IMG/VR virus record: IMGVR_UViG_3300032233_002377 | Span: 1-42,824 of that record | Reading direction: 5' to 3' (one strand) | Length of the DNA: 42,824 nucleotides | Source: a virus | Lineage: Duplodnaviria; Caudoviricetes | Part shown: in pieces, positions 1 to 10,161 of the stretch | Numbering within the stretch: position 1 is the first letter of the stretch | How the letters are laid out: each line of letters opens with the position of its first letter | Position numbers and translations under genes: made by a program | Notes under the pieces: model-generated | Databases searched by the model: none | The model's input: only the letters and a program-made list of their open reading frames with translations | What the model was told of the DNA's origin: nothing

Positions 1-1039
1 CAAGAACACCGGCCAGGGTGATTGCCGAAGCAACGTCTGCCGAGCAGAGGATCGTGTTACCTTTCCCTCTACGAGTTCTTTGTGCGATTGCGTTAGCATC
101 ACGCTCGATTTGGAAAAGAAGACCTTTGAACTTCTCAACTGACCAACGACCGTTGGAGTCAACGTCAAGGTCAAAGATACCAGCAGTTGCGGTATTAGCA
201 GCAGCACCTTGCTCAGCAACCTTATAGATTGTTCTGATAACTTCTCTATTGATTTCTGCGAGGATTTCAGTTGAGAGAATGTTAGCAAGTTCTGCTTCTG
301 CATTCAGACCGTGGATTGCCTTGAGGTCTTGTGCGAGTTCTAATGAGTATTCAGCTTTGAGTGCTCTTGACTTTGCAGTAACAGTGACTTTCTCGATTGA
401 GAATGCCATTTGTTGGAATGCGTTTGCACCCGAACCATCAAGGTTTTCAGCATCTGCTGTATTTAGACCTGTACCAACGTTATAAGACGTTGAGACTGCA
501 GTACCAACTGGGTTAAGAAGACCTGGGTTTGTACCTGCCTGTGAAGGTGTAGTACCAAAACCAACGTTAGCCTCAGATGCTTGTGCAGCATAACCAGCAG
601 TAACAGTATTGTTATAACCAGCATTTTCTCCAGAGAATGCTGAATCTGGTTCGTTGAAGAGTGCTTCAGTACTTGTCTGGTTAGTGTAACGTGAACGCAT
701 TGCGAAGATAAGTCCAGTAGGACCGTTCATTGGTTGAACACCTGCGAGGTCATATGCGACCAAGTTAGGCATTGAACGTCTGATCAATGAGATCAGAACT
801 GGATCGAAACCAGCAACTGGACCAGAAGCAGTTGCACCACCACCGAAACCACCAGTACCAGCTGAGTTGATTGGTGCTTCAGAAAGGAATGAACTTTCTT
901 CTCTTAAGAATTTTTCTTGGTTTTCTAGCAGGACTGCGGTTACCATTCTACGATGCGAGTCTTTGATTTGATCAAGACCCTCATAGTTAAGGAGTGGTGC
1001 CCACTTCTCCTGCAGATGTTCTGCATTGAACATTTGCAT
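1..1039 (-). CDS. gp23: Major capsid protein, 5' part (truncated by the window edge; absent from ORF track)
   Basis: Manual translation from ATG at 1039 (alternative 1033): MQMFNAEHLQEKWAPLL...VTAVLLENQE...AGFDPVLISLIRRSMPNLVAYDLAGVQPMNGPTGLIFAMRSRY...SRALKAEYSLELAQDLKAIHGLNAEAELANILSTEILAEINRE; hallmark T4-type gp23 motifs; directly downstream of gp22. Confidence 0.97.
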   Translation of the reverse strand, partial: MQMFNAEHLQEKWAPLLNYEGLDQIKDSHRRMVTAVLLENQEKFLREESSFLSEAPINSAGTGGFGGGATASGPVAGFDPVLISLIRRSMPNLVAYDLAGVQPMNGPTGLIFAMRSRYTNQTSTEALFNEPDSAFSGENAGYNNTVTAGYAAQASEANVGFGTTPSQAGTNPGLLNPVGTAVSTSYNVGTGLNTADAENLDGSGANAFQQMAFSIEKVTVTAKSRALKAEYSLELAQDLKAIHGLNAEAELANILSTEILAEINREVIRTIYKVAEQGAAANTATAGIFDLDVDSNGRWSVEKFKGLLFQIERDANAIAQRTRRGKGNTILCSADVASAITLAGVL

Positions 1040-1088
1040 TTGTCTTACCTCTTTTAGGAAATTGTTAGTTTGATTTATGATTTAAAAA

Positions 1089-2270
1089 TCACTTTTTAGA
1101 AACTCGGCTCAAAGTCTGAAGATAAGATTCCATTACACCAGAAACTGGTTGATTGAAATTTGCTTCTTCAGATAAATTCTCCGAATAATCTTTTTGAGTA
1201 CCAACAGTTCTTGGGAAGTATGCTTCCCTTAAAGTTGTTAGTTTCTCACGATAGTCTTCTTCACTTTCAAACTCAACACTTTCAGATAGGGAAGCGAGTT
1301 TATCTTTCTGAGAAAGTGCAAGACCCTCAGAAATATCACTTAAAATTACATCGGCAACCGACTCTGCTAGTCTTTTGTTTAGAGCAACATTTCTTTCGAT
1401 TTGCTCATTGAGTTTGGACTCCATTTCATCAAGTTTATCTACCATACTCTCAAGTACATCATATTTTTCTTCAGGGATTGATACATAATGATCTTCAAAA
1501 AGACCCTTCATTCCTTCAAGGAATGATTCAGTCATTTCGGTCTTAAGACCTTGCTCTACAACAAGAGCATTTTCTTGTAACCATTCGTCAGCAACATACT
1601 CAAGATATGAATCAACTCTTTCTACGAGTTGACCTTTCATTGCTTCAACTTCTTCAAGAAGTTGAGATTCATAATGTGCTTCAAGTGATTCATAGATTTC
1701 AACAATTTTAGAATTGATTGCTGCTTCAAAAATTAATTTTGCTTTTTCTCTGAATTCTTCAGAAAGTTGCTCACCAGCAAGAAGAGCATCTACATCCTCT
1801 TCAATGCTGAGTGCTTCTTCCATTTTCTTCTTTTTACCCTTTACCTTGTCATCTTCTTCTTCATTATCTTCTTCCTCATTATCTTCTTCCTCATTATCTT
1901 CTTCTTCGGATTTTTTAGCTTCGAGAATTTCGTCTTCTGATTCTTCTTCAATCAGTTCTTCATCTTCCAACTCTTCTGCTGCATCTTCTTTCATTTTTTG
2001 CATTGCATCAGCAGATTTTGCTTTAGCATTTACAACATTGCGAACCTGCATGATTGTTGATCCAGGAACTTTAAGTTTTGCTGAATCGTCATCAGTGCGA
2101 TAGTTACTTGGATCGGGACCTCCGAGGTCTTCCCAAGAACCAGTTTGTCCAGGAGCAATTCCAGTAGACAGTTTTGGCATTGAATCTGCTGGCTTTGCGT
2201 TCGCATTTACAGCAGTACGAGATTGAGTGGTGCCTGTTTCCATTTCTTGTAAGTTTTTACCACGGGACAT
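1089..2270 (-). CDS. gp22: Prohead core scaffold protein
   Basis: Very acidic coiled coil; LSEEFREKAKLIFEAA, VDSYLEYVADEW, GLKTEMTESF motifs; lies between gp21 and gp23. Confidence 0.93.
   Translation of the reverse strand: MSRGKNLQEMETGTTQSRTAVNANAKPADSMPKLSTGIAPGQTGSWEDLGGPDPSNYRTDDDSAKLKVPGSTIMQVRNVVNAKAKSADAMQKMKEDAAEELEDEELIEEESEDEILEAKKSEEEDNEEEDNEEEDNEEEDDKVKGKKKKMEEALSIEEDVDALLAGEQLSEEFREKAKLIFEAAINSKIVEIYESLEAHYESQLLEEVEAMKGQLVERVDSYLEYVADEWLQENALVVEQGLKTEMTESFLEGMKGLFEDHYVSIPEEKYDVLESMVDKLDEMESKLNEQIERNVALNKRLAESVADVILSDISEGLALSQKDKLASLSESVEFESEEDYREKLTTLREAYFPRTVGTQKDYSENLSEEANFNQPVSGVMESYLQTLSRVSKK
1848..1907 (-). repeat. 15-bp tandem repeat x4 encoding (EEEDN)3-EEEDD within gp22
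   Basis: Plus strand: gtcatcttcttcttc / attatcttcttcctc / attatcttcttcctc / attatcttcttcttc. Confidence 0.9.
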
Positions 2271-2306
2271 TTGAACTCTCCGATTTACCTTTATTAAATC
2301 TATATT

Positions 2307-2314
2307 TATTTATA
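2307..2314 (-). promoter_or_regulatory. T4-type late promoter TATAAATA upstream of gp22-gp23
   Basis: Exact gp55 -10 consensus in the gp21/gp22 gap. Confidence 0.8.
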
Positions 2315-2316
2315 AT

Positions 2317-2967
2317 TTAAAGATTTGAAAGAAAGTTATTGAATAACTTTACTTTGTGCTCATTTAATTGTTTTTGTGAAACCAATGTATTAATTCTACG
2401 ATTGGTTTTTTCAACTAATTGTTCTGTGAGTTCTCCATTTGCAAAAACCCACTCTTTACCTTCCATAATTCCCTGAACAAAAGCATCAGGTGCAGAAGGA
2501 TCTGCTACAATATCAGCAGCAGTTGCTAACATAAAATCTTCTCCAACAACTTTATGTCCTTCATTTGCTTGAATTAAAGAACCTACACCACGAGAAGAAA
2601 CACCAAGAGTTACACCTTCACCGATAAGTGATTGTGCAATTTTTCCCATTGGAGTAGAAAGAAGTTGCGCTCTTCCAGTAAAATTATTTCCCTCACGAAC
2701 AAGGGAAGTAATCATATGAGAAACACGATCTAAATTTATTGATGGACCCTCTGGATGTCCAAGTTCACCAAGAGCACGACCCTTTTGGACAAAGCACTCA
2801 TTGTAACGGTTAACTTCACGTTCTAAAATATGAACTGGATATTCTCTTCCATTACGATTTTTTACATCTCCTTGAAGAAAAATTCCTTCAATGAACATTT
2901 TCTTTGAGGCACCAGTGCCTTCGACAATGAATTCTACCTTTTGGATTTCTTCTGTGATAAGTTTCAT
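2317..2967 (-). CDS. gp21: Prohead protease
   Basis: MKLITE start, IEGIFLQ, NRNGR.Y, ALGELGHP, GVSSRGVGS (catalytic Ser), DIVADPSAPDAFV. Confidence 0.96.
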   Translation of the reverse strand: MKLITEEIQKVEFIVEGTGASKKMFIEGIFLQGDVKNRNGREYPVHILEREVNRYNECFVQKGRALGELGHPEGPSINLDRVSHMITSLVREGNNFTGRAQLLSTPMGKIAQSLIGEGVTLGVSSRGVGSLIQANEGHKVVGEDFMLATAADIVADPSAPDAFVQGIMEGKEWVFANGELTEQLVEKTNRRINTLVSQKQLNEHKVKLFNNFLSNL

Positions 2968-2969
2968 TT

Positions 2970-3491
2970 TTATGCTTGAGATACGATTTGAACTTCTGCA
3001 ATACTTGCACTTGCTGTGGCAGGTGAAAATACAGAAACTTTTACACTTCTTGCAACAATTGCTGCGGTAAATGCAACTCCAGTAATTGCACTACTATCAG
3101 ATGAAATAGTAATAGAAGAATCTGTAGTTGCTGTTACTGGGACATGTATAGTATTAATTCCAGCAGGGTATACATTTTGAATTGATACAAAATCACCAAC
3201 TACAAATGGATTTCCATTATTTTGACCAAAAGAAATTACAGTCGTAGTTCCAGTTGTAATTCCAGTTATTACTTGTCTTGAAACTTTTTGCTTTATTACT
3301 TCAGACGTATTTGGAACAATCATAAAATCATTTATAGTTGCTACTGGATTTGTTCCAATTGCAACATAAACAGCAGTTGTTGCACATGAAACACGAATAT
3401 AACCAGATTGCAAAATAATTGGAGTTGACGACGATGCAACACCTGCAGAAGTATTGACTTGGTTAACTGTTTGGACGATTCTAAAACTCAT
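2970..3491 (-). CDS. Hypothetical virion protein (Thr/Ser/Val-rich, beta-strand-like), possible decoration protein
   Basis: 173-aa ORF in the head operon, coupled to the upstream ORF; composition resembles the structural proteins. Confidence 0.7.
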   Translation of the reverse strand: MSFRIVQTVNQVNTSAGVASSSTPIILQSGYIRVSCATTAVYVAIGTNPVATINDFMIVPNTSEVIKQKVSRQVITGITTGTTTVISFGQNNGNPFVVGDFVSIQNVYPAGINTIHVPVTATTDSSITISSDSSAITGVAFTAAIVARSVKVSVFSPATASASIAEVQIVSQA

Positions 3492-3709
3492 CAGTCTTCC
3501 TCATCTCCATCTTCATCATCCTCTTCAACTTCATTGCTTTTCTTCTTGGATTCAAAAACTAATGTTTCTTCACCAAAAATACTAGCAGCAACAAATGGTC
3601 TTGATGCATCTACTCTTTCTGCACTTTTAGCAAAAAGAATATCTTTAATCTTTTCACTAACCTGTGAAGCAGATTCATCAGATATAATCATATCTATTAG
3701 ATCGTCCAT
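3491..3709 (-). CDS. Small acidic protein, probable prohead core component (positional analogue of T4 gp67/gp68)
   Basis: 72 aa with acidic tail, immediately after the portal gene and a late promoter; function from synteny only. Confidence 0.65.
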   Translation of the reverse strand: MDDLIDMIISDESASQVSEKIKDILFAKSAERVDASRPFVAASIFGEETLVFESKKKSNEVEEDDEDGDEED

Positions 3710-3738
3710 AGTTTTGTGGTAATATAATAACTAAAAAC

Positions 3739-3746
3739 TATTTATA
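3739..3746 (-). promoter_or_regulatory. Late promoter TATAAATA overlapping the gp20 stop codon
   Basis: Exact consensus, 30 nt upstream of the 72-aa ORF start. Confidence 0.75.
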
Positions 3747-5421
3747 TCTCTCCACCTTTCGGCATTTTAACTTCCGTTGCCTTTCCTTGTTTTTCTAAAT
3801 CTGGTTCCATTATTGGTTGTCCCAAATTCATTCCTCCAGAAGTATCTTGAATTGGCATTCCAGTCATCGGGTCAATAGATGCTGGATCTGGAATAATACC
3901 ATCTTTAATTTCTTTTTTAATTTGTGCATCAATTTCTTCCATAAGTGTATCGGATTGCCCTAAAACTTTTTCTCTTATATATTTTGCAGAAAAATATTTA
4001 CCAATATAAGGTTCCATAGCAGCAACCACACCCAATTTATCATTTAAAAGTTCATTATTTTTTAAATCGGAAAAATGGTTATCATAAACATAATCGTATT
4101 GAATATGATCTGATAATTTAATCCAATCTTCTGGTGTAATAATATTTTTGAGAATCAATTGAGTCCTCAACATATCATTAAAAACTTGTGAAAATCTTTT
4201 TCTGAGTCTTCCTACAAATTTTGTAAATTTAAGTTCATCTCTTAAAATTTCAGAAGAACGACCTAAATTGAATCCACCACCACCAACATCAATTCTACTT
4301 GATGGAACATTTAAAGACTTATAAAGTTTCTTTTGAAAATACTCAATATCAGCAAGTTCTCCAAGATTTTGTCCACCTGGAAGAGTTGTAATTTCAGTAC
4401 CACGACCACCTTCTCTACGTGGTAACCAAAAATCTTCAAGCATTGCCATTTGTTTGCGATCATCACGAATTTCACCAGTATCAGCATTATAAACAAGTTT
4501 ATTTCTATAACGATTCATGACATCACGCAGATATTGTTCTGCTTTGATCTTGGGAAGATTACCTACATCAATATAAAATATTCTTCTTTCTGGTGCTCTT
4601 GAAAGTCTGTAAATTACAAGACTATCTTCAATCATTCTTAACTGATTAAGTGCCTTAATTGCTTTGTGAAGATATGATAAAATAGTTTGTTTGTTGCGAT
4701 CTACAAGTCCAGATGTGATATAAGTAATTGCATCTTTTGCAATTTTTACACTTTTTGAATCATTTCTGAATGAAATTGATCCTCCACTTCCCGTAGCAGC
4801 ATTTGGATCATAAAGATAATATTCTTCAATTTTTGGAGCTTGATACATTTCAATTGGACTTTTACCTCCATTTAAAGAAGTTGGAAAATTTGAATGTGGT
4901 CCTTGTTGCTCTGCTTTACGAATAAATCTAATTTTAAGTGGATCAATATATCTTATTTCTTGTATACCTTCTTCTGGTTTTTTAAGATCAATTACTTTAT
5001 GATAAAAAATTCTTCCATCTACATACCAATTCCTAAAGATTTCATGAGATTTATTATCAAAATCCATAATATCTTTAATTTTTCTAAATTCATCTCTAAT
5101 AATTTGTTTTAATTTATCAGATGCAGGAAGATTTGAAAGTTCAATCTCTACTGGTGAATCATTCAAATCTGATACAATTGCTTCATTTACAACATCTTCA
5201 ATGGCACTATCACACTCTGGATGAAGAGACATCTCACGATATCTTCTTACCAAATCCTGTTCATTTTTATATACTCCTTCAATATCTACATATTGTCCGT
5301 AGAATCCACTTTGAATATAATAATCTGATTTATCTTCTTCATTAGGAGGAACTGGAGAGACAAGTCTTTTTGACTTATCTTCTCCAGTATCCTGTATTTT
5401 AAAACCAAATAATTTAGCCAT
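3742..5421 (-). CDS. gp20: Portal vertex protein
   Basis: LFGF start, YREMSLHPECDSAIEDVVNE, SYLHKAIKALNQLRMIEDSLVIYRLSRAPERRIFYIDVGNLPK, EDFWLPRREGGRGTEITTLPGGQNLG. Confidence 0.98.
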   Translation of the reverse strand: MAKLFGFKIQDTGEDKSKRLVSPVPPNEEDKSDYYIQSGFYGQYVDIEGVYKNEQDLVRRYREMSLHPECDSAIEDVVNEAIVSDLNDSPVEIELSNLPASDKLKQIIRDEFRKIKDIMDFDNKSHEIFRNWYVDGRIFYHKVIDLKKPEEGIQEIRYIDPLKIRFIRKAEQQGPHSNFPTSLNGGKSPIEMYQAPKIEEYYLYDPNAATGSGGSISFRNDSKSVKIAKDAITYITSGLVDRNKQTILSYLHKAIKALNQLRMIEDSLVIYRLSRAPERRIFYIDVGNLPKIKAEQYLRDVMNRYRNKLVYNADTGEIRDDRKQMAMLEDFWLPRREGGRGTEITTLPGGQNLGELADIEYFQKKLYKSLNVPSSRIDVGGGGFNLGRSSEILRDELKFTKFVGRLRKRFSQVFNDMLRTQLILKNIITPEDWIKLSDHIQYDYVYDNHFSDLKNNELLNDKLGVVAAMEPYIGKYFSAKYIREKVLGQSDTLMEEIDAQIKKEIKDGIIPDPASIDPMTGMPIQDTSGGMNLGQPIMEPDLEKQGKATEVKMPKGGEI

Positions 5422-5443
5422 TAAAACTCTTCAATCTATACTC

Positions 5444-5451
5444 TATTTATT
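5444..5451 (-). promoter_or_regulatory. Late promoter AATAAATA upstream of gp20
   Basis: NATAAATA in the gp19/gp20 gap. Confidence 0.7.
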
Positions 5452-6064
5452 AAGAGAAGATGGATGAATCATTAGAATCAAGAGCATCCCACCATTGAAC
5501 TTGAAGGTCTACTGTAAACTCTTCAATAGTATCTGAACTATCATAAGAAAGTGTAATATCACTAATTGAAGTTGGAAAAGTTCCGTAAAATTTATAAGCC
5601 TTCAATACGTTCATGGGTGATGATGTGATAGGAGATGTTGCAGAGTTTTCAGATCCTCTGCTTAATTGCATAACTTTCATTTCCTGTTGATATAATGCAG
5701 GAGTAATCACACCTGCATTATCATCATGACGATTGACAAGATTCATCCATTTTTCAAATTGATTGCGAATTTTGAAATTTGTATCATTAATAACAGTAAT
5801 TGACCAAGGATCAAATGTACGATCTCCTGCAATTTGAAGAGTTCTTCCTCTAAATGGAACAGGAATTGAAGCAATAGTTGAAGCAGGAAGAGATGTTGCT
5901 TTTACAAAAAATCTCAAATCCAGATTCAATTCACTATCAACAGTTCCCAATGCTTCTGGAAAATTAATTTCACATTCAAATAAATTAGGTCTTGCGCCAC
6001 CACCAACTAATCTTGATTTGAAATCATTAATAGTTCTTTGGTTGTAATTTGGAACATTTGCCAT
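5450..6064 (-). CDS. gp19: Tail tube protein
   Basis: GGGARPNLFE, LPASTI, FRGR.L.IAGDRTFDPWSITVINDTNF, IEEFTVDLQVQWW. Confidence 0.96.
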   Translation of the reverse strand: MANVPNYNQRTINDFKSRLVGGGARPNLFECEINFPEALGTVDSELNLDLRFFVKATSLPASTIASIPVPFRGRTLQIAGDRTFDPWSITVINDTNFKIRNQFEKWMNLVNRHDDNAGVITPALYQQEMKVMQLSRGSENSATSPITSSPMNVLKAYKFYGTFPTSISDITLSYDSSDTIEEFTVDLQVQWWDALDSNDSSIFS

Positions 6065-6090
6065 GAGTTTTCTCCTTTAGATTAGTTTAA

Positions 6091-8214
6091 TTAAACAGTA
6101 CCTACAACTTCAGAGAAGCTGATTCCTGTTCTAGTTGCAACAAAAGTAAGACCAATAAAGTTGATAGATCTTGCTGGTTTTACGAAAATATCAGCTCTGA
6201 ATCTATTTGCATCAATTATATCTGGTGTATTATTTGTCTCATCACAAACAAGAAGAAAATCAGTAATTCCTCTTTTTGATTTTACATCACGGAGATATGG
6301 TTCAACGATATTTACAAAACTAGATCTTGTAATTGCATCATTAAATTCAAATAATTGTGCTCTTGCTGCTCTTTCAATTGTAGATTCTAATGTTAAGAAT
6401 AAACGACGAACATTTATTCTATCAAATGCTGATGAATAACCGAGAGCAGTTTTATCACCAAATAGAATGATTCCTTGACCAGGAGAAGCAATGATTGGAT
6501 TGATTCTGTTTGTATATAATAAATCTCTTTGTGACTGAGATGGATTATATGCTAATTTTACAGCATTGTTGATTGCTCCTCTTGCTGCACCAGCAGGAGA
6601 GAACCAAGGATATTGATTGATTGAAGTTTTTGCCATCAATCCAGCAATATCTGCATTACATGCAAGATACACAAATTGATTGTTAAATCTATCAAATGTA
6701 TATTTGTATCCAGAATCAAATACAGTATAAGAACTTGATGTTAAAGGACTAAAGAATTTTATAATATTTGAAGTTTGAGTATCAGAATTAGTTATATTTA
6801 CAACATCTGCTTTATGTGGAGAAATTACAGCAACACAATCTTTTCTATTTTCTGCGATTGAAATTAATGCATTTGCTTTTGATTGTGATTCAAAAATAGT
6901 TGCCCCACTTGATGGTCCATTAATTAAGAAATTAATTGGATATTCAACTACATTTGAAAATAGATTATATGAAGAAATGATATTAGAAATAGGTGCGGCA
7001 TAACTTCCGACTCCATTTGTATAATCGGTTCCAGCAGTTAATGTGTAAGTTTTTACACCCAAACCAGAGAAAACTGTTCCTTGAGCAGTTGTATTTGGAT
7101 TTCCAGTAGTTCCAGCAAATCCAGAAGCAACAGTAAATCCAGTTGAATTTCCATTTTCTGGAAGTCCAGCAAAAATATAATTAGAATTTAATGCAATATA
7201 ATCATCAAAATAAATTGGTTGTGCTGGAGTTGCTTTTGCATCGGATGCTTTTGAAAGACCTACAAATTTTTCAATAACATTTCCAGCAGTTCCAGTTAAT
7301 GTTCCAATATCATCAACTACAACTACATGAATTTCATCATTCTTTCCATTTCTCTGAGATACGTATTGCGATGTCCCTGGTTTTGGTGCAATACTACTCC
7401 AATAAACTGTTGAATTGGTAAGTCCAAGTGTTTGTTGATTATACCAATCAGAAGCAGTATAAGAAGAAGTGGTTGCAATTCCAACTCCAGAAGTATTAGA
7501 TATTATAATAGTACCAGAACTAATTGCATTAATTGTATTTGCAGCATATGGAGCATCTACATAATCAGCAGTTGTATTTCTATATCTACTTACAATTTTT
7601 ACAGCAATTGAACTATTTCCAACTCCTGTAATAATTCCTTTCAGAAAACCACTTTCGGTAGTTACTGTGCCAACACCTGCCAATGAAGTAGTAACTCCAA
7701 CTGTAATACCATATCCAACTAAAACACTAGAAGTTGAGATTCCAAAAGAAATAGTTTGGTCTGCTGCTGCGTCAATTACGCATACCTTTAAACTATTTGC
7801 CCAAGAACCTGGATTTTTTGCTGCAAATGTCCAACTAGTGTCATTGATGTGACTATTTACATAATCTTCATAAGATTTAATTTTTACTGAGGCAGAACCA
7901 CCAGTTGAATTTGAGTTTGCATTATTAAGTGCTCCACTAGTAGAACTATCAGTTCTTACTACTCTTAAAATTCCTCCATAAGAGAGATACGAAGAAGCAC
8001 TTAACCAATATTCTGATTGTGAATCAGTTGAAATTGGTTTTCCAAAATAATTTAATAGATCTTGTTCAGTTTCAACTAAAATTGGATAATCTATTGGACC
8101 TTTTTGAAATGGTCCAACAAAAGCACCAATCTGATCATTAGCAGCATTAACTGCTCCAATAGTTAAATCTACTTCTCTTGTTTTGACGCCTGGTGATACT
8201 AAATTTACCGCCAT
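6091..8214 (-). CDS. gp18: Contractile tail sheath protein
   Basis: LVSPGVKTREVDLT start; PWFSPAG..RG, LFGDKT, SAFDRINVRRLF, KPARSINFIGLTFVATRTG. Confidence 0.97.
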   Translation of the reverse strand: MAVNLVSPGVKTREVDLTIGAVNAANDQIGAFVGPFQKGPIDYPILVETEQDLLNYFGKPISTDSQSEYWLSASSYLSYGGILRVVRTDSSTSGALNNANSNSTGGSASVKIKSYEDYVNSHINDTSWTFAAKNPGSWANSLKVCVIDAAADQTISFGISTSSVLVGYGITVGVTTSLAGVGTVTTESGFLKGIITGVGNSSIAVKIVSRYRNTTADYVDAPYAANTINAISSGTIIISNTSGVGIATTSSYTASDWYNQQTLGLTNSTVYWSSIAPKPGTSQYVSQRNGKNDEIHVVVVDDIGTLTGTAGNVIEKFVGLSKASDAKATPAQPIYFDDYIALNSNYIFAGLPENGNSTGFTVASGFAGTTGNPNTTAQGTVFSGLGVKTYTLTAGTDYTNGVGSYAAPISNIISSYNLFSNVVEYPINFLINGPSSGATIFESQSKANALISIAENRKDCVAVISPHKADVVNITNSDTQTSNIIKFFSPLTSSSYTVFDSGYKYTFDRFNNQFVYLACNADIAGLMAKTSINQYPWFSPAGAARGAINNAVKLAYNPSQSQRDLLYTNRINPIIASPGQGIILFGDKTALGYSSAFDRINVRRLFLTLESTIERAARAQLFEFNDAITRSSFVNIVEPYLRDVKSKRGITDFLLVCDETNNTPDIIDANRFRADIFVKPARSINFIGLTFVATRTGISFSEVVGTV

Positions 8215-8252
8215 CTTTTTCCCTCTTAAAGAAGATCATATTTGTCTAGAAG

Positions 8253-8260
8253 TATTTATA
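8253..8260 (-). promoter_or_regulatory. Late promoter TATAAATA upstream of gp18
   Basis: Exact consensus in the gp17/gp18 gap. Confidence 0.8.
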
Positions 8261-8277
8261 ATTTAGTCTTTTTTCGT

Positions 8278-9969
8278 CTACCTATATTCCCACATATATG
8301 AACGATCTCCATATTCATCAATATTCCAACCATTTTCATCTCCAACAATTTGACTTCCATTTACTATATTCCAAGTATCTCCGTCAATATCAACAAAAGA
8401 ATTTTCATTATTTAAACCATCAGAAATAAATCCAAAAGGAGACATATCTTGTTCTATTTGTTCTTTTTGATCTTCATATATTCTTTTACGGACATCATTT
8501 TCCGTCATTTCTTTAAAATAATCTTGAGCAATCAACCAAGCAAAAATAACTAAGCACATTACCAAATCGTCATTGGATCCTTCTTCTGCTTCAAATGATT
8601 GATTCTTTTGAATAAAAGTAGTTAATTCACTAATAATATCATAATCATTGAATATAAGTTTACTATCTTCTATAATTGTTTTTAAGTTAGAACAACCAAC
8701 TCTTTTTACCGTTTTGGACATTTTTACACCCAATTGAGTTTTCTTTCCAGAAAATCCTTGACCTACAAGTTGTCCTGCTCTTCCTCTCATTGCACACATT
8801 AGAATATTATCATATTCTAAATCAAAATGAAGAATACTTGTAACTTGTTCTCCAATATCATTAACTTCTGCTAAAACAAATGCTTTATTATATGCTTTTG
8901 CTACATCAAGAATGATGTTGGGAAATAACATAGGTTTTATTTCATTGTTTCTATATTTTGCAACTATTTTATATGGAAATGTAGTTATATCAAAAACAAC
9001 GAAAGCAGAGTAATCATTATTTAATCCTCTTGATACATCTACTGTCATTATGTAAGTATTATCATCTTGTGGTTCTTCGTAAATATCTAACCCAGCACTT
9101 CTTTCTATTGGTTCATCATAAACCAATGATTTTAATTTTGCAGCATTAATTAATGTACCAACAGAACCAAGAAATTCACATTCAAATTCAACTGCAAATT
9201 GCTGTTCACTTGTATTTGCTATTGTTTGTCTTTTCCACTCAACGTCTCTTCCTGGAACATCACTCCAATGAACCTCTGTTGCGATATATTCATTTTTTCT
9301 TCTTTCCGCATCATGCCAAATTTTGTAAAAATGATTCATCCCGTGAGGGGTAGAAACAATAATCATCTTAGTAGATTGACCAGATGATATAACAGGATAA
9401 ACAGAACTGAAAAATTCATCAGCAACATGATTAGGAACAAACGCAAATTCGTCCAAAAACACAATATTATAAGAACCACCACGGACAGCAGAAGCTGAAG
9501 TGGAGGATGCAAGTATTTTTGATCCATTTTCTAATTCTAATGAACCTTTATTCCATATTAAGACACCTTGCTGCATCCATTTTGGAAGATTTTCATATGC
9601 TAATTGGAGTCTTCCGAGAAGATCTCTAGCAGTTGAAGCTTTATTAGCAAGAATCGCAATATTGACGTTATCATTAAATATTGCATAATGTAGCAGGTAA
9701 GAAACGACAGTGGTAGATTTGCCAGATTGTCTTGGCATTTTGCAGACATTAAATCTGTTATCATGGAAATTCTTGATTAGTTTTTCTTGAAACTTGTACA
9801 TGTCGAACGGCACAAGACCATGATCAAGAGAAACAATTTTTATATAATTTCTTGCAAAATATACAGGATCATTTTTGCATTTTATATATTGTTCAATATT
9901 GTCTTTAGTGAACTCTATTGCTGTATTTGCTTTTTTTAATAAAGGATTGCCTAAATATTGGTCACTCAT
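8278..9969 (-). CDS. gp17: Terminase large subunit
   Basis: YLGNPLLK, Walker A PRQSGKST, Walker B IVFLDEFAF, IIVSTPHG coupling motif, nuclease VDVSRG and DDLVM. Confidence 0.98.
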   Translation of the reverse strand: MSDQYLGNPLLKKANTAIEFTKDNIEQYIKCKNDPVYFARNYIKIVSLDHGLVPFDMYKFQEKLIKNFHDNRFNVCKMPRQSGKSTTVVSYLLHYAIFNDNVNIAILANKASTARDLLGRLQLAYENLPKWMQQGVLIWNKGSLELENGSKILASSTSASAVRGGSYNIVFLDEFAFVPNHVADEFFSSVYPVISSGQSTKMIIVSTPHGMNHFYKIWHDAERRKNEYIATEVHWSDVPGRDVEWKRQTIANTSEQQFAVEFECEFLGSVGTLINAAKLKSLVYDEPIERSAGLDIYEEPQDDNTYIMTVDVSRGLNNDYSAFVVFDITTFPYKIVAKYRNNEIKPMLFPNIILDVAKAYNKAFVLAEVNDIGEQVTSILHFDLEYDNILMCAMRGRAGQLVGQGFSGKKTQLGVKMSKTVKRVGCSNLKTIIEDSKLIFNDYDIISELTTFIQKNQSFEAEEGSNDDLVMCLVIFAWLIAQDYFKEMTENDVRKRIYEDQKEQIEQDMSPFGFISDGLNNENSFVDIDGDTWNIVNGSQIVGDENGWNIDEYGDRSYMWEYR

Positions 9970-9972
9970 TAT

Positions 9973-10161
9973 TTATTTTCCCTTAAACGATTCTAAATCT
10001 AATAATGTTAGAGTTTCCTGTTGTTTGAAATATAATTTCACATAACATTTTGAAACGTTTCTAAGATGCTCTAAATCATTACAAGAATCTAATTCTCTTG
10101 AAATTTTTTCGTATTCAAAAATTTTAGTTAAATTTTCAAGTTCAATTTTTTGTGGGTCCAT
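9973..10161 (-). CDS. Small helical protein, NblA-like (putative phycobilisome degradation adaptor)
   Basis: ATG at 10161 preceded by AGGAGAAC; 62 aa; the pattern FEYEKISRELD..ND...LR...K...KLY.KQQE resembles picocyanobacterial NblA-like proteins. ORF solid, function tentative. Confidence 0.5.
   Translation of the reverse strand: MDPQKIELENLTKIFEYEKISRELDSCNDLEHLRNVSKCYVKLYFKQQETLTLLDLESFKGK

Noticed and set aside
18-485. Plus-strand ORFs of 69 and 78 aa
   Set aside because: Antisense shadows of gp23, which the ORF track missed because its stop lies outside the window.
1-9969. Inteins or introns in gp17, gp20 or gp23
   Set aside because: Conserved motifs are collinear and lengths ordinary; no splice or LAGLIDADG motifs seen.
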